A stretch of DNA of 60,874 nt from a virus (taxonomy: Duplodnaviria > Caudoviricetes). The stretch is from IMG/VR virus record IMGVR_UViG_3300046018_000110, positions 1 to 60,874 of that record. The stretch is one strand, 5' to 3'. The translations under genes were made by a program, and so were the position numbers. Of the stretch, positions 51,848 to 60,874 are shown piece by piece (the stretch's first letter is position 1; each line of letters starts with the position of its first letter). The notes beneath the pieces were generated by a model. That model was not told the origin of the DNA, searched no databases, and saw only the letters and a program-made list of their open reading frames with translations.

Positions 51848-51873
51848 GTTAGCGCACGAAAGCACACCTACCC

Positions 51874-54324
51874 ATGGCCAAGAAAAGCAGCGACTTCCCC
51901 TCTCCGGCAGCGATCCTCGAACCGACTGATGGGAACCCGAGTCCGGAGCAAGACCTGGACCCCGGCGAAGCCGGGGGCGAGGCCGCTGCGCTGGACAAGC
52001 TGCAGATCATCAGCGCCGCGCTGGCCAGCCAACGAGACGAATGGATCACCGCGCGCGCCGCGCAGGGCCACGACGCCCGCTGGGCCGAGGACGTTGACCA
52101 ATTCAATGGGAAGGACGCGGCCAACAAGCTCGGCGCGGCCATGATGGACAGCGTCCAGCAGGGCTACCCGATCACGAAACACGGCGCGGCCACCACCCGC
52201 TCGACGGTCTTCGTCCAGGTCACCCGGCAGAAGACCAACGCGATGGCCGCGCGTGTCTGTGACGTCGCGCTGCCGACCGACGAACCGAATTTCAGCGTCG
52301 GGCCCAGCCCGCTGCCGCGCCTCCCCAACTTCGTCCAGGCGCCGCCCTCCCCGTTCGACGCGAACCAGGGCGCCGCAGCGCCCGCGCAGCCGGGAGCCCA
52401 GCCCACCGGCGCCCCAGGAGGCGCGGACATGGCTGGCGCCGGCGCGATGTCAGCCGGCCCGGGCGCTCCAGCGGGCCCGCAGGCTGCCGCGCAGCCCCCG
52501 GCGCAGCTCAAGCCCATCGATGCGGCCACGCAGAAGCTGATGTCGGAGTACGCCGAGGCGCGCAAGCGCGGCGACGCGATGCAAAAGGAGATCGAAGACT
52601 GCCTCTCCGAGTGCGACTACAACGCGGAGGCCCGGAAGGTCATTTTCGACCAAGCTTTGCTCGGTACGGGGGTCATCAAGGGCCCCGTCGTCGTGAATCG
52701 CGTGCGACGCGCCTGGAATTGCGTCACCGACACCTCCGGAAGGCAGATCTGGAGCCTCGAAATCCAGGCGGAACTGAAGCCTGCCTCGTTCCGGATAGAT
52801 CCCCGCTGCTTTTTCCCCGACCCGTTGTGTGGTGAGCACGTGCAAAACGGCCGCGGGGCCTACGAATACGACAAGATCACCTCGAAACAGGTCCGAGACC
52901 TGCTCAAGCAGCCCGGCTACATCAAGAGCCAGATCGCCCGCGTGCTGAACGAGGGTCCGCAGGTCGGAAAAGCGCAGGTTCACCTGGGCGAACTCGAGGA
53001 TCGAGACCTCGTGCCGGGTCAGGTCTACGAGCACTGGATCTACTGGGGCGAAATCCAGTCTGATGTGCTCGAAGCGGCCAAAATCGACATCCCGGGCGAC
53101 CCCGCGGAGACCGAGCAGCCCGCGGAAGACACCGGCGGCGACGAGACGAAGCTCCCGAAGGTCATTTCGGCCTGCGTGGAGATGATCAACAGCACGATCG
53201 TCCGCGCGTACCTCAATCCGCTGCCCGACGATGCCCTGCCGTACGACATGGCGCCCTTGGAGCGCGTCCCCGGCAGCGTCTGGGGCTACGGCGTGCCGAT
53301 GCTCATGCGTGCGCAGCAGCGGGTCATCAACGCGGCGTGGCGGATGATCCTCGACAACGCCGGCGTGAGCTCTGGCCCGCAGATCGTGGTCAAGGCGAAC
53401 GCGATCCAGCCGGCGGACAAGCAGTGGACCCTGACCAGCCGCAAGATCTGGTACGCCTCGGACGACGTCGAGGACGTGAACAAGGCCTTCGGGGTCTTCG
53501 AGTTCCCCTCGCGACAGGCGGAGCTCGAGAACATCATCAACATGGCCGACAAGCTCTCCGACCAGGAGACGGCCGTGCCCATGATCGCCCAGGCGCAGCA
53601 GGGCTCCGCGCCGGAGACGGTCGGCGGCATGCAGTTGCTGATGAATAGCGCGAACACGATGCTCAAGCGCATCGTGAAGGTCTTCGATGACCTGATCACG
53701 AAACCCCACATGAGGCGGTACTACAACTACCTCATGGAGTACTCGGACAAGTCCGAGATCAAGGGTGACTTCGATGTCGTGGCGCTCGGTTCCAGCGCCC
53801 TGGTGATACGCGACATCCAGAACCAGTCGCTCACTAACATGCTGGCCCTGGCGTCGAACCCGACGTTCGCGCCACTGATCAACGCCAAGAAGCTCTACGA
53901 GCGGGTGCTGAAGACGCAGCACCTGGACCCCGTGGACATCATGAACACGGACGACGAGATCCGTCAGGCGCTCGAGGCCGCACAAGCGAACCAGCAGCCC
54001 GACCCGCGCGTCCAGGCCGCCCAGGCGCGCGCCAAGGCCGACGAGGACCGCACCCAGGCGCAGGTCGAGATGAACCGCGAGGTGCTGTCCAGCAAGCGCG
54101 ACGTCGCGATGGCCGACCTGCAGTTCCGCCGCGAGAACCTGCAGATCGAGCGGGAGATCGAGATGCTCAAGCTGAGCCAGAAGGAGAACATCAGCTTGGA
54201 GCAGATCCGCGCCTCACTGGCGGCGGTGTCCATCCAGACGCGGGCGAAGCAAGACATGCACGCCCTCGACAAGCACTTCGAGACCGCCGCCGGCGGCGAT
54301 CCAACCAACCCTTCCGGAGAGTAA
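51874..54324 (+). CDS. Portal protein
   Basis: 816 aa after TerL; LLGTGVIKGP, WGYGVP, ETVGGMQLLM, IKGDFDVVALGS motifs. Confidence 0.85.
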   Translation: MAKKSSDFPSPAAILEPTDGNPSPEQDLDPGEAGGEAAALDKLQIISAALASQRDEWITARAAQGHDARWAEDVDQFNGKDAANKLGAAMMDSVQQGYPITKHGAATTRSTVFVQVTRQKTNAMAARVCDVALPTDEPNFSVGPSPLPRLPNFVQAPPSPFDANQGAAAPAQPGAQPTGAPGGADMAGAGAMSAGPGAPAGPQAAAQPPAQLKPIDAATQKLMSEYAEARKRGDAMQKEIEDCLSECDYNAEARKVIFDQALLGTGVIKGPVVVNRVRRAWNCVTDTSGRQIWSLEIQAELKPASFRIDPRCFFPDPLCGEHVQNGRGAYEYDKITSKQVRDLLKQPGYIKSQIARVLNEGPQVGKAQVHLGELEDRDLVPGQVYEHWIYWGEIQSDVLEAAKIDIPGDPAETEQPAEDTGGDETKLPKVISACVEMINSTIVRAYLNPLPDDALPYDMAPLERVPGSVWGYGVPMLMRAQQRVINAAWRMILDNAGVSSGPQIVVKANAIQPADKQWTLTSRKIWYASDDVEDVNKAFGVFEFPSRQAELENIINMADKLSDQETAVPMIAQAQQGSAPETVGGMQLLMNSANTMLKRIVKVFDDLITKPHMRRYYNYLMEYSDKSEIKGDFDVVALGSSALVIRDIQNQSLTNMLALASNPTFAPLINAKKLYERVLKTQHLDPVDIMNTDDEIRQALEAAQANQQPDPRVQAAQARAKADEDRTQAQVEMNREVLSSKRDVAMADLQFRRENLQIEREIEMLKLSQKENISLEQIRASLAAVSIQTRAKQDMHALDKHFETAAGGDPTNPSGE

Positions 54325-54327
54325 TCC

Positions 54328-54705
54328 ATGGCCAGCATCAACCCCACCATCAGCCGCGACGTCAGCGCCTCCGGCTCCGTCATCGTCGTCACCTGGGTGC
54401 TGCCCACCACCGGTGACGTCGGCGTGCCCTTCCGCCTGGACCGCTTCAGCCTGAGCTCGTTCAACGTCTTCGGCACCGCGGTCACCTCGCTGGGCCTGCA
54501 AGGGTGCAACGACCCGGACACCCCGAGCGGCACCAGTTGGAACGCACTGCGCGACTGGGGCGGCGCCTCCCTGGCCGCGGTGGCGGCCGCCGGCATCTAC
54601 ACGCCGCGCGATCTGCCGATCTGGATCCGGCCCGCGCTGACCACCGGCACGGCCGTCACGATCCAGATGGCACTGCACCGCGCTGACATCGGGGTTACGG
54701 GTTGA
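54328..54705 (+). CDS. Hypothetical virion protein
   Basis: Beta-rich ORF with LQGCND and WIRP motifs. Confidence 0.6.
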   Translation: MASINPTISRDVSASGSVIVVTWVLPTTGDVGVPFRLDRFSLSSFNVFGTAVTSLGLQGCNDPDTPSGTSWNALRDWGGASLAAVAAAGIYTPRDLPIWIRPALTTGTAVTIQMALHRADIGVTG

Positions 54706-54716
54706 AGTGAGCGCTC

Positions 54717-54733
54717 GCAAGTTGTGCTAACAT
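54717..54733 (+). promoter_or_regulatory. Extended -10 (TGcTAACAT) with operator-like GCAAG-N5-CTAAC upstream of tRNA-Met
   Basis: Motif in intergenic DNA. Confidence 0.55.
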
Positions 54734-54759
54734 TCGCGCCGGGTCATTGCGACCTCAAT

Positions 54760-54836
54760 TGCGGGGTAGCTCAGTAGGTCAGAGCAGCGGCTTCATACGC
54801 CGACGGTCACCGGTTCAAATCCAGTCCCCGCAACCA
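54760..54836 (+). tRNA. tRNA with CAT anticodon (Met; Ile2 not excluded)
   Basis: TGCGGGG TA GCTC AGTAGGTCA GAGC A GCGGC TTCATAC GCCGA CGGTC ACCGG TTCAAAT CCAGT CCCCGCA A CCA. Confidence 0.92.
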
Positions 54837-54847
54837 TCATCACGGAG

Positions 54848-54871
54848 AAGCCGCCATCGAGCGGCTTTTTT
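54848..54871 (+). terminator. Intrinsic terminator
   Basis: AAGCCGC-CATCGA-GCGGCTT followed by a T run. Confidence 0.85.
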
Positions 54872-54872
54872 C

Positions 54873-55127
54873 ATGGCCATTGACTTCTCGAGCTCCTCCT
54901 GGCGCGACATCGAAGCCTGGGCGAACAAGCAGTTGCTGAGCGCCCGTGTGCGCAACGACGCAACGACGCTCAGCGAGGCCGAGACGCAAGCCAACCGAGG
55001 CGAGATCCGCTTCATCAAGAAATTGCTTGGCCTGCCTGCAGAGGCAGCCCGGGCACAGCAAGGAGGGTCGGCGCCAGCCCACCCGAGCGATAGGGGCCCC
55101 ACCGGCCCCGAAACAGTCGAGTACTAG
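54873..55127 (+). CDS. Small head-assembly-region protein
   Basis: SSSW..IE...RND...TQANRGEIRFIKKLL; between portal and scaffold. Confidence 0.65.
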   Translation: MAIDFSSSSWRDIEAWANKQLLSARVRNDATTLSEAETQANRGEIRFIKKLLGLPAEAARAQQGGSAPAHPSDRGPTGPETVEY

Positions 55128-55138
55128 GAGGTACGAGA

Positions 55139-56047
55139 GTGGCAGGAGAAGCAGGTACAGCTGAAGGCAATCCGCAAGCCGTTTGGGACGAAGTGCAGCA
55201 GGAACGCGAGGCCGGTGACAAGCCGCCCTCGGAGACCACGCCGGCACCCGAACCCGAGGTCAAGGAGACCCCCGCCCCGGAGCCCACCCCGGCCCCGGCG
55301 ACCGATCCATTCGCATCGCTGAGCCCCGAGCTCAAGGCGCGCCTGGAGAAGGTCGACCAGTTGGAAAGCGCGATCGCTGTCCTCCCGATGCTCCAGCAGA
55401 GCTTGAAGACCGCCGAAGGGCGAGTCGCGGCGATGCAACGTGAACTCGATGTGGCGAAGAACGCGGCCAAGGCCGTGCAGGACGCCCCGTCGAGCGCGCA
55501 GATCAACGCGGCGAAGGGCAACACCCAGAAATGGGACGCCCTGAAGAAGGAGTTCCCCGACTGGGCGGACGCAACGGAGGAATTCGTTCGCGCGTCCATC
55601 GCGGGGGTCACGCCGGCGCAAGTGCCGGGCCTCGCCCCTGAAGAGGTGGAGAGGATCGCGCAGAAGTATGCCGGTGTGAGCCCCGAGGCGCTGACCAAGG
55701 CGGTCGAGGAAGCGAAGGTCGAAGGAAAGCACGAGAACTGGTTGGAGGACATCAACTCCCCCGACTTCGTGAAGTGGCTGCCGATGCAAACGCCGGAGCT
55801 CCAAGCTCTCGCGCACAGCACCAAGGGCCGCGACGCGATCAAGTTGCTCGATGCCTACAAGGCCGTCCAGAAGGCTCCCGCCGACGACGTACAGAAGGCC
55901 CGCACCGACAAGCTCGCGGCGGCAGTGACGACCCGGCCGGGTGGCTCGGCGCCGACGGGAAAGACCGTCGACACGATGACACCGGCCGAACTCTGGGAAT
56001 ACGAGCGCAAGCGTGCCACCAAGCGTGGCGCCGGCCTCACCTACTGA
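55139..56047 (+). CDS. Capsid scaffolding protein
   Basis: Acidic/coiled-coil, immediately upstream of the major capsid gene; AGGAGG SD. Confidence 0.7.
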   Translation: MAGEAGTAEGNPQAVWDEVQQEREAGDKPPSETTPAPEPEVKETPAPEPTPAPATDPFASLSPELKARLEKVDQLESAIAVLPMLQQSLKTAEGRVAAMQRELDVAKNAAKAVQDAPSSAQINAAKGNTQKWDALKKEFPDWADATEEFVRASIAGVTPAQVPGLAPEEVERIAQKYAGVSPEALTKAVEEAKVEGKHENWLEDINSPDFVKWLPMQTPELQALAHSTKGRDAIKLLDAYKAVQKAPADDVQKARTDKLAAAVTTRPGGSAPTGKTVDTMTPAELWEYERKRATKRGAGLTY

Positions 56048-56062
56048 ACAAGGAAGAAGACC

Positions 56063-57148
56063 ATGTCTCTCCAAGGCTACAGCACCGCGGCGTCGCGGAA
56101 CCTCATCCGTGCCGCGCAAGACATGCTCGCGCATGCCCAGCCGATCACCGTCCTCGGTGACTTTGGCGTCCAGCGCGAAATGCCCCAGAACCAGACAGAC
56201 ACCCTGGTGTTCCGGCGCACGCTGCCGATCCTGGCCAGCACGACCGGCGCCACGATCGAAGGTTCGACCCGCTACGTCGGCACCCCCGGTGGCGCCTCGG
56301 CCACGGCCGCCTCGGGCCTGACCGCTGCCAACTACCTGCTGGGCGAAGGTGCCACGCCGACGGCCAACACGCTGGCGTTCCAGGACATCACCGTGCAGCT
56401 GCAGCAGTACGGCATCCTCTTCAAGTTCTCGAGCAAGGTCGAGCTGCTCTACGAAGATGACATCCCCGCCGAGATGACGAAGATCACCGGCGAGACGATG
56501 GCCGAAATCCTGGAGCTCGTGCGCTACGGCATCCTGAAGGCGGGCAGCACCGTGATCTACGGCAACAGCACGACCCGCGGCAACGTGAACACCGTGATCT
56601 CGCTGAACGCGCTGCGCAAGGCCGCGCGTACGCTGGAGTCGAACCGTGCGAAGCGCGTGACCTCGCGCATCGCCCCGGGCGTGAACTTCGGCACCCGCGC
56701 GATCCAGCCGGCGTTCATCGTGTTCATGCACACGGACGCGGTGTCGGACGTGCGCAACCTGCCGGGCTTCACCAAGGTCGAGGAGTACGGCAACTTCAAG
56801 CCGATCCATGACCTGGAGATCGGCGCCTGCGAGGACTTCCGGTTCGTCAAGAGCCCCCTCCTGGTTCCGTTCACCAACGCCGGCTCGGCCACGCAGAACG
56901 GCTGCCTGTCGATCAACGCCGCCAACGTGGACGTCTACCCGTTCCTGGTGATCGGTGAAGACGCCTGGGGTCAGGTCGCGCTGAAGGGCATGAATGCCCT
57001 GAAGCCGACGAAGATCTCCAGCCAGACCCAGAACCACGCCAACCCGCTGGGCCAGTTCGGCTTCGTCGGGGCCAGCACGTGGTTCAACGCGGTGCGGCTG
57101 AACGAAGCCTGGATGGCGCGCATCGAAGTCGGCGTCTCGGCGCTCTGA
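56063..57148 (+). CDS. Major capsid protein (N4-gp56 family)
   Basis: LGEGATP, LQQYG, EIGACEDFRFV, DVYP, NPLGQFG, LNEAWMARIE. Confidence 0.92.
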   Translation: MSLQGYSTAASRNLIRAAQDMLAHAQPITVLGDFGVQREMPQNQTDTLVFRRTLPILASTTGATIEGSTRYVGTPGGASATAASGLTAANYLLGEGATPTANTLAFQDITVQLQQYGILFKFSSKVELLYEDDIPAEMTKITGETMAEILELVRYGILKAGSTVIYGNSTTRGNVNTVISLNALRKAARTLESNRAKRVTSRIAPGVNFGTRAIQPAFIVFMHTDAVSDVRNLPGFTKVEEYGNFKPIHDLEIGACEDFRFVKSPLLVPFTNAGSATQNGCLSINAANVDVYPFLVIGEDAWGQVALKGMNALKPTKISSQTQNHANPLGQFGFVGASTWFNAVRLNEAWMARIEVGVSAL

Positions 57149-57195
57149 AGTTAGCGGGGGGCAGCCCTGCTGCCTTCCACTACACAAGGACCAAC

Positions 57196-57687
57196 ATGGA
57201 AAAGATCAAGCAGTTCATCGTGAACGCGGGGTATCAGATGAACCCCGAGACCGTTCTGCGGGCGTTCAACTCCCTGTTCGCGCGGCAGATCATCGCTGCG
57301 GGTTCGTTCACGATCCCCGCGGGTATCACCCCGGCGACGGCCGCCACGGTCACCGTGGCGCTCATCGACGGCAAGGTAGTGACCGTGGCGGCCAGTGCCG
57401 CGACACCCGCCTGGACGACCGCGATGAACGCGGCGGCCAACACGTTCCTCGTCGTCCTGACGACTGTGAACCTCGCGGGCACGCTCACGAACTACGTGTC
57501 GAACAACCCCGCGCTGGCGTCTGGTCTGGTCTTCCCGATCATCCCGGCCAACGAGGTCGTGATCGGGGGCATCTTCCTCGCCCCGACGGCGACCTTCACG
57601 GGTGGCACCACGCTCCTGAATGCGGTCAACGTCAACGCCGTCGCGATCAGCGCGGTCGGCCCGACGCACCCCACGAACCTCTTCTGA
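57196..57687 (+). CDS. Putative capsid decoration/minor virion protein
   Basis: Beta-rich, directly after the major capsid gene; FTGGTTLL motif. Confidence 0.55.
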   Translation: MEKIKQFIVNAGYQMNPETVLRAFNSLFARQIIAAGSFTIPAGITPATAATVTVALIDGKVVTVAASAATPAWTTAMNAAANTFLVVLTTVNLAGTLTNYVSNNPALASGLVFPIIPANEVVIGGIFLAPTATFTGGTTLLNAVNVNAVAISAVGPTHPTNLF

Positions 57688-57700
57688 ACAAGGAAACGAC

Positions 57701-58207
57701 ATGAGCTTCAATCTCGAACAGTCGAGCGGCCTGACCGCCAACTTCGGCAACGCCGTCTACGCCAACAGCGCGGGCGCCAACGCCCAGGTGTCGACCACGA
57801 CCGCCACCACGATCTCGACCGCCGGTGTGATCAGCAACTTCGCGATCCGCGCTGCGGCCGTCTTCGCATCGCTGAACGATGCCAACACCGGCGCGCTGCC
57901 GGTGGCCCTGGTCCCCGGCAAGGCCGCGGTGGTCGTGGCCGGTGTCCTGGCCGGCGCGCTGGCCTTCGTGCAGGGCCCGGTCGTGCCGTACCCGGTGACC
58001 GGCGTGGGCAACGCGATCTGCCCGCTGCCGTCGATCCCGGTCGGCTTCGTGCCGATCGCGTATCAGGTGGTGAAGAACCCCACCGGCTCGGCCACCCCGT
58101 CGTTCCAGTACGGCACCTCGAACTTCAACGCCACCGGCGTCACGTTCGATGTGGCGGTGCAGGTCTGCCAGTTGCCGAACTTCGGCATCACCAACGTCCT
58201 GGCCTGA
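57701..58207 (+). CDS. Putative capsid decoration/minor virion protein
   Basis: Beta-rich; similar in style to the preceding gene. Confidence 0.55.
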   Translation: MSFNLEQSSGLTANFGNAVYANSAGANAQVSTTTATTISTAGVISNFAIRAAAVFASLNDANTGALPVALVPGKAAVVVAGVLAGALAFVQGPVVPYPVTGVGNAICPLPSIPVGFVPIAYQVVKNPTGSATPSFQYGTSNFNATGVTFDVAVQVCQLPNFGITNVLA

Positions 58208-58226
58208 TCGGCCTGGATAGACCCGG

Positions 58227-58255
58227 GCAGGGCAGCTTACCAGCTGCCCTGCTTT
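58227..58255 (+). terminator. Hairpin terminator after the capsid genes
   Basis: GCAGGGCAGCT-TACC-AGCTGCCCTGC-TTT. Confidence 0.6.
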
Positions 58256-58274
58256 CCCACACCCCAGGAGCCCC

Positions 58275-58751
58275 ATGAGCAATCTCTCGAAGAACCGGTC
58301 TGCAGAAGACCTCGCCAAGCTCGGCATCAAGGTGGAAGTCCCCGTGATCGAAGTGGCGGACGACGCCCCCTCGGTCGACCTCATCACCGAGACCGACCTG
58401 CGCGAGTTGTCGCGCAGCGAGAAGTTCATGCAGGACGTGCTGCTGGTCCGCATCGCCACGACCACCGACCGCAACGCGCCGCCCTTCGCGACGCTGACGG
58501 TGAACGACGTCAACGGCCGGGTGCAGATCCCCCGCGGCCGCCCGCTGCCGGTTCGGCGCTACCACGTCGAGGTGCTGGCACGCATGCGTGAGACCAACTA
58601 CACACAGCCCGACCAGAACCTCTCCAACCCCGAGATCAGCAACCAGCTGATCCCGCAGCACTCGTGGGCGTACCCGTTCGAGGTGCTGCGCGACCCCCAC
58701 CCGCACGGCCGCGCGTGGCTGGAAACGATCCTGGCTGAGCCGACGTACTGA
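58275..58751 (+). CDS. Conserved virion-module protein
   Basis: VNG...IPRG...V.R..VEVLAR...YPF.V..DP.P.GRAWL. Confidence 0.65.
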   Translation: MSNLSKNRSAEDLAKLGIKVEVPVIEVADDAPSVDLITETDLRELSRSEKFMQDVLLVRIATTTDRNAPPFATLTVNDVNGRVQIPRGRPLPVRRYHVEVLARMRETNYTQPDQNLSNPEISNQLIPQHSWAYPFEVLRDPHPHGRAWLETILAEPTY

Positions 58752-58758
58752 GGCGCTG

Positions 58759-59448
58759 ATGAACTTCCTCGGCATCGTCAACCGGCTGCGTCGTGAATGC
58801 GGCGTCACCAGTGCGGATCTTGCGACGCTGGCGGGCACGCTGACGAGGGAGAACACGCTCTTCAAGGAGTGGGCCAACGATGCTTGGCTGGAGGTGCAGA
58901 TCGCGCACCCCGACTGGAAGTGGATGCGCTCGTCGTTCACCTATGCGGCCGCCTCCGGCGCGCAGCAATTGGGGACGATGGGCCTGACCGACGTGAGCGA
59001 CTGGAAGCGCGACAGCTTCCGGTCCTACTCGACGGCCACGGGCACGAACGACGAGCAGATCCTGCCGTACATGGAGTTCGACACGTGGCGCAACGTCTAC
59101 GCGTTCGGGTCCATGCGCTCGGCCACCGGCCGCCCGGCCGTGCTGACCGTGAACCCCGACCGGACCGTGGCCTGCGGCCCCGTCCTGGTGGACGCCTACA
59201 CGATCGCAGGGGAGTACTACCACGTCCCCACGGACCTGCTGCTCGACACCGACGACCCCTCGGCGACCGGCAACGGCCTGCCCGATCGCTACCACATGCT
59301 CATCGTCTACATGGCGATGCGCAAGTACGCCGCGTACTACGTGGCCCCTGAAGTCGAGAGTCGTGGCGCCACGGGTGAGCGCAAGTTCATGCGCCGCCTG
59401 GAGTTCGACTACCTCCCGACGTTGATCTCCGGACCCCCGCTGGCGTAA
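58759..59448 (+). CDS. Head-tail adaptor (tail tubular A-like)
   Basis: MNFLGIVNRL, WANDAW, LPDRYHMLIVYMA; synteny. Confidence 0.7.
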   Translation: MNFLGIVNRLRRECGVTSADLATLAGTLTRENTLFKEWANDAWLEVQIAHPDWKWMRSSFTYAAASGAQQLGTMGLTDVSDWKRDSFRSYSTATGTNDEQILPYMEFDTWRNVYAFGSMRSATGRPAVLTVNPDRTVACGPVLVDAYTIAGEYYHVPTDLLLDTDDPSATGNGLPDRYHMLIVYMAMRKYAAYYVAPEVESRGATGERKFMRRLEFDYLPTLISGPPLA

Positions 59449-60874
59449 TGGCTACCCCGAAGGTTGAGTCCTCGTGGGCGAAGCTGGGCGGGGGGATGAA
59501 CACGTCCATCTCGCCCCTCTTCGCGAAAGCGGGCACGCCCAGGCTAGCCCTGAATTACGAGCCCTCCGTGAGCGGGGGGCTCTCTCGCGTTGGTGGGTTC
59601 GAGCCCTTCGACGGCCAGCCGGCGCCCAGCGCGGCGGCGTACCAACTGCTGGACTGCCCCGCCGGCGTGAACTCGACCTACGCGATCGTGGGCGCCACGC
59701 TGACTGGCGCCACGTCCACGGCGACGGGGACCATCATCTACGTCACCGCCACCCAGGTCGCTGTGACCAAGGTGACAGGCACGTTCGCCCTCGAGACTGT
59801 CAAGGTCGGGGTGAACAACGTCGGTGTGGTGACCAACCTGACCCCCACGGTCGACGGGTTCCTCGACAACACCCTGACGAAGTCCGCTGCCGACGTCTAC
59901 CAGTCCCTCATCGGTCAGGTGCCGGGCAGTGGTCAGGTGCGCGGGCTGATGATCTACAAAGACCTCGTCTACGCGTGGCGCAACAACGTGGGCGGCACCG
60001 CGCTGGCGATCTACAAGTCGTCCTCCTCTGGCTGGGTCAACGTGCCCCTCTACTACACAGTGAGCTTCACCCTGGGGACCGGGATCTATGCCGATGGCGG
60101 CACGCTGACGCAGGGCGCGGTCTCTGCGGTCATCAAGCGTGTCGTGCTGGAGAGTGGCGCCTGGGGCTCCAACGCGGCGGGGCGGATGATCATCGCGGCG
60201 CCCACCGGCGGCACGACCCACTTCGCTGCGGGGGTGGCTGCGGGTTCGGGCGCTTGCACGCTGTCTGGCGTCGAGGCGGCTTTGACCTTGTCGCCACTGA
60301 GTGGCACACAACGGGTCCGTTTGGACAAGTTCAACTTCACCGGGCTGGCCAACAACAAGCGCCTGTACGGCTGCGACGGAGTCAACCCAGAGTTCGAGTT
60401 CGACGGTGACATCTACGTGCCCATCACCACGGGCATGTCCCCGCGCCGCGCGTCGTGCGTGCGTGTGCACAAGTTCCAGCTGTTCTACTCCTACGAGGGC
60501 TCGCTGCAGCACAGCGCCACGGGCCTGCCGTACCAGTGGAGCGCGGTCGTGGGCGCAGGCGAGCTCGGCACCGGGGACACGATCACCAACCTCGTCAGCA
60601 TCGGCGGCAACCAGTCGGGCTCGGCGCTCATGGTGCTGTGCTCCAACTCGTTGTTCGTGCTCTACGGGGACAACTCGGGCAACTGGAACCTCGTGCCGCT
60701 GAGCCGCATCTCGGGCGCCCAGGCAGACTCGGCGCAGGACATCGGCGGCGTCACCGCGTTCGACACGCCGGGGGTCGTCCGGTACCCCACGACGCAGGCC
60801 TTCGGCAACTTCCTCTGGGACCGTACGTCGCTGGAGATCGACTCGTTCGTCAAGGGCAAGACGGTCCAGTGCTC
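59448..60874 (+). CDS. N-terminal part of tail nozzle/DNA-stabilisation protein (continues at 1-746)
   Basis: MATPKVESSWAKLGGGMN...NYEPSVSGGLSRVGGFEPFDG; open to the window end. Confidence 0.75.
   Translation, partial: MATPKVESSWAKLGGGMNTSISPLFAKAGTPRLALNYEPSVSGGLSRVGGFEPFDGQPAPSAAAYQLLDCPAGVNSTYAIVGATLTGATSTATGTIIYVTATQVAVTKVTGTFALETVKVGVNNVGVVTNLTPTVDGFLDNTLTKSAADVYQSLIGQVPGSGQVRGLMIYKDLVYAWRNNVGGTALAIYKSSSSGWVNVPLYYTVSFTLGTGIYADGGTLTQGAVSAVIKRVVLESGAWGSNAAGRMIIAAPTGGTTHFAAGVAAGSGACTLSGVEAALTLSPLSGTQRVRLDKFNFTGLANNKRLYGCDGVNPEFEFDGDIYVPITTGMSPRRASCVRVHKFQLFYSYEGSLQHSATGLPYQWSAVVGAGELGTGDTITNLVSIGGNQSGSALMVLCSNSLFVLYGDNSGNWNLVPLSRISGAQADSAQDIGGVTAFDTPGVVRYPTTQAFGNFLWDRTSLEIDSFVKGKTVQC

Noticed and set aside
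54747-54872. N-terminal extension of the 54747-55127 ORF
   Set aside because: Overlaps the tRNA and its terminator; ATG 54873 is the plausible start
58226-58240. Operator-like GGCAG-N5-CTTAC
   Set aside because: One-mismatch hit inside a terminator stem; explained by the hairpin
60748-60874. 127-bp terminal repeat as a biological direct terminal repeat
   Set aside because: It falls mid-gene and its length matches a common assembler k-mer; best explained as a circularisation overlap

Overview
This window is a complete, circularised temperate podovirus-type phage genome of about 60,747 bp with high GC. The first 127 bp repeat exactly at 60748-60874, which looks like an assembler k-mer overlap. 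The host is probably a betaproteobacterium (inferred). (1) The late/virion operon on + starts near 48.2 kb and wraps through the window end to 19.5 kb. It holds TerS, TerL, an HNH nuclease, portal, tRNA-Met, scaffold, an N4-gp56-type capsid, adaptor/nozzle proteins, a LamG tail fibre, holins, ejection proteins and a 1544-aa polyvalent ART/ART/zincin protein. (2) The attP region carries a full tRNA-Val(TAC), a decayed tRNA-Val half and a tyrosine integrase. (3) A long leftward early/middle operon (34.6 to 20.9 kb) encodes a Tad1-like sponge, an RNA-ligase remnant, a RecE-like nuclease, SSB, an atypical tRNA-Tyr, an intein-containing PolA, a dATP/dGTP diphosphohydrolase, an M15 endolysin, MazG and an excisionase. 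(4) An XRE repressor precedes a rightward replication block: HNH, primase-VirE helicase, ori, VRR-NUC, HNH, SNF2, TraR-like and Q-like genes. (5) A leftward accessory operon (47.3 to 42.2 kb) is followed by a repeat-rich noncoding region. The most notable signals are an apparent tRNA-replacement integration design, a dispersed operator motif at many promoters, a tRNA-Tyr/Ala-microhelix/zinc-knuckle transcription unit, and two candidate structured ncRNAs. All family calls come from visual motif recognition, not database searches.
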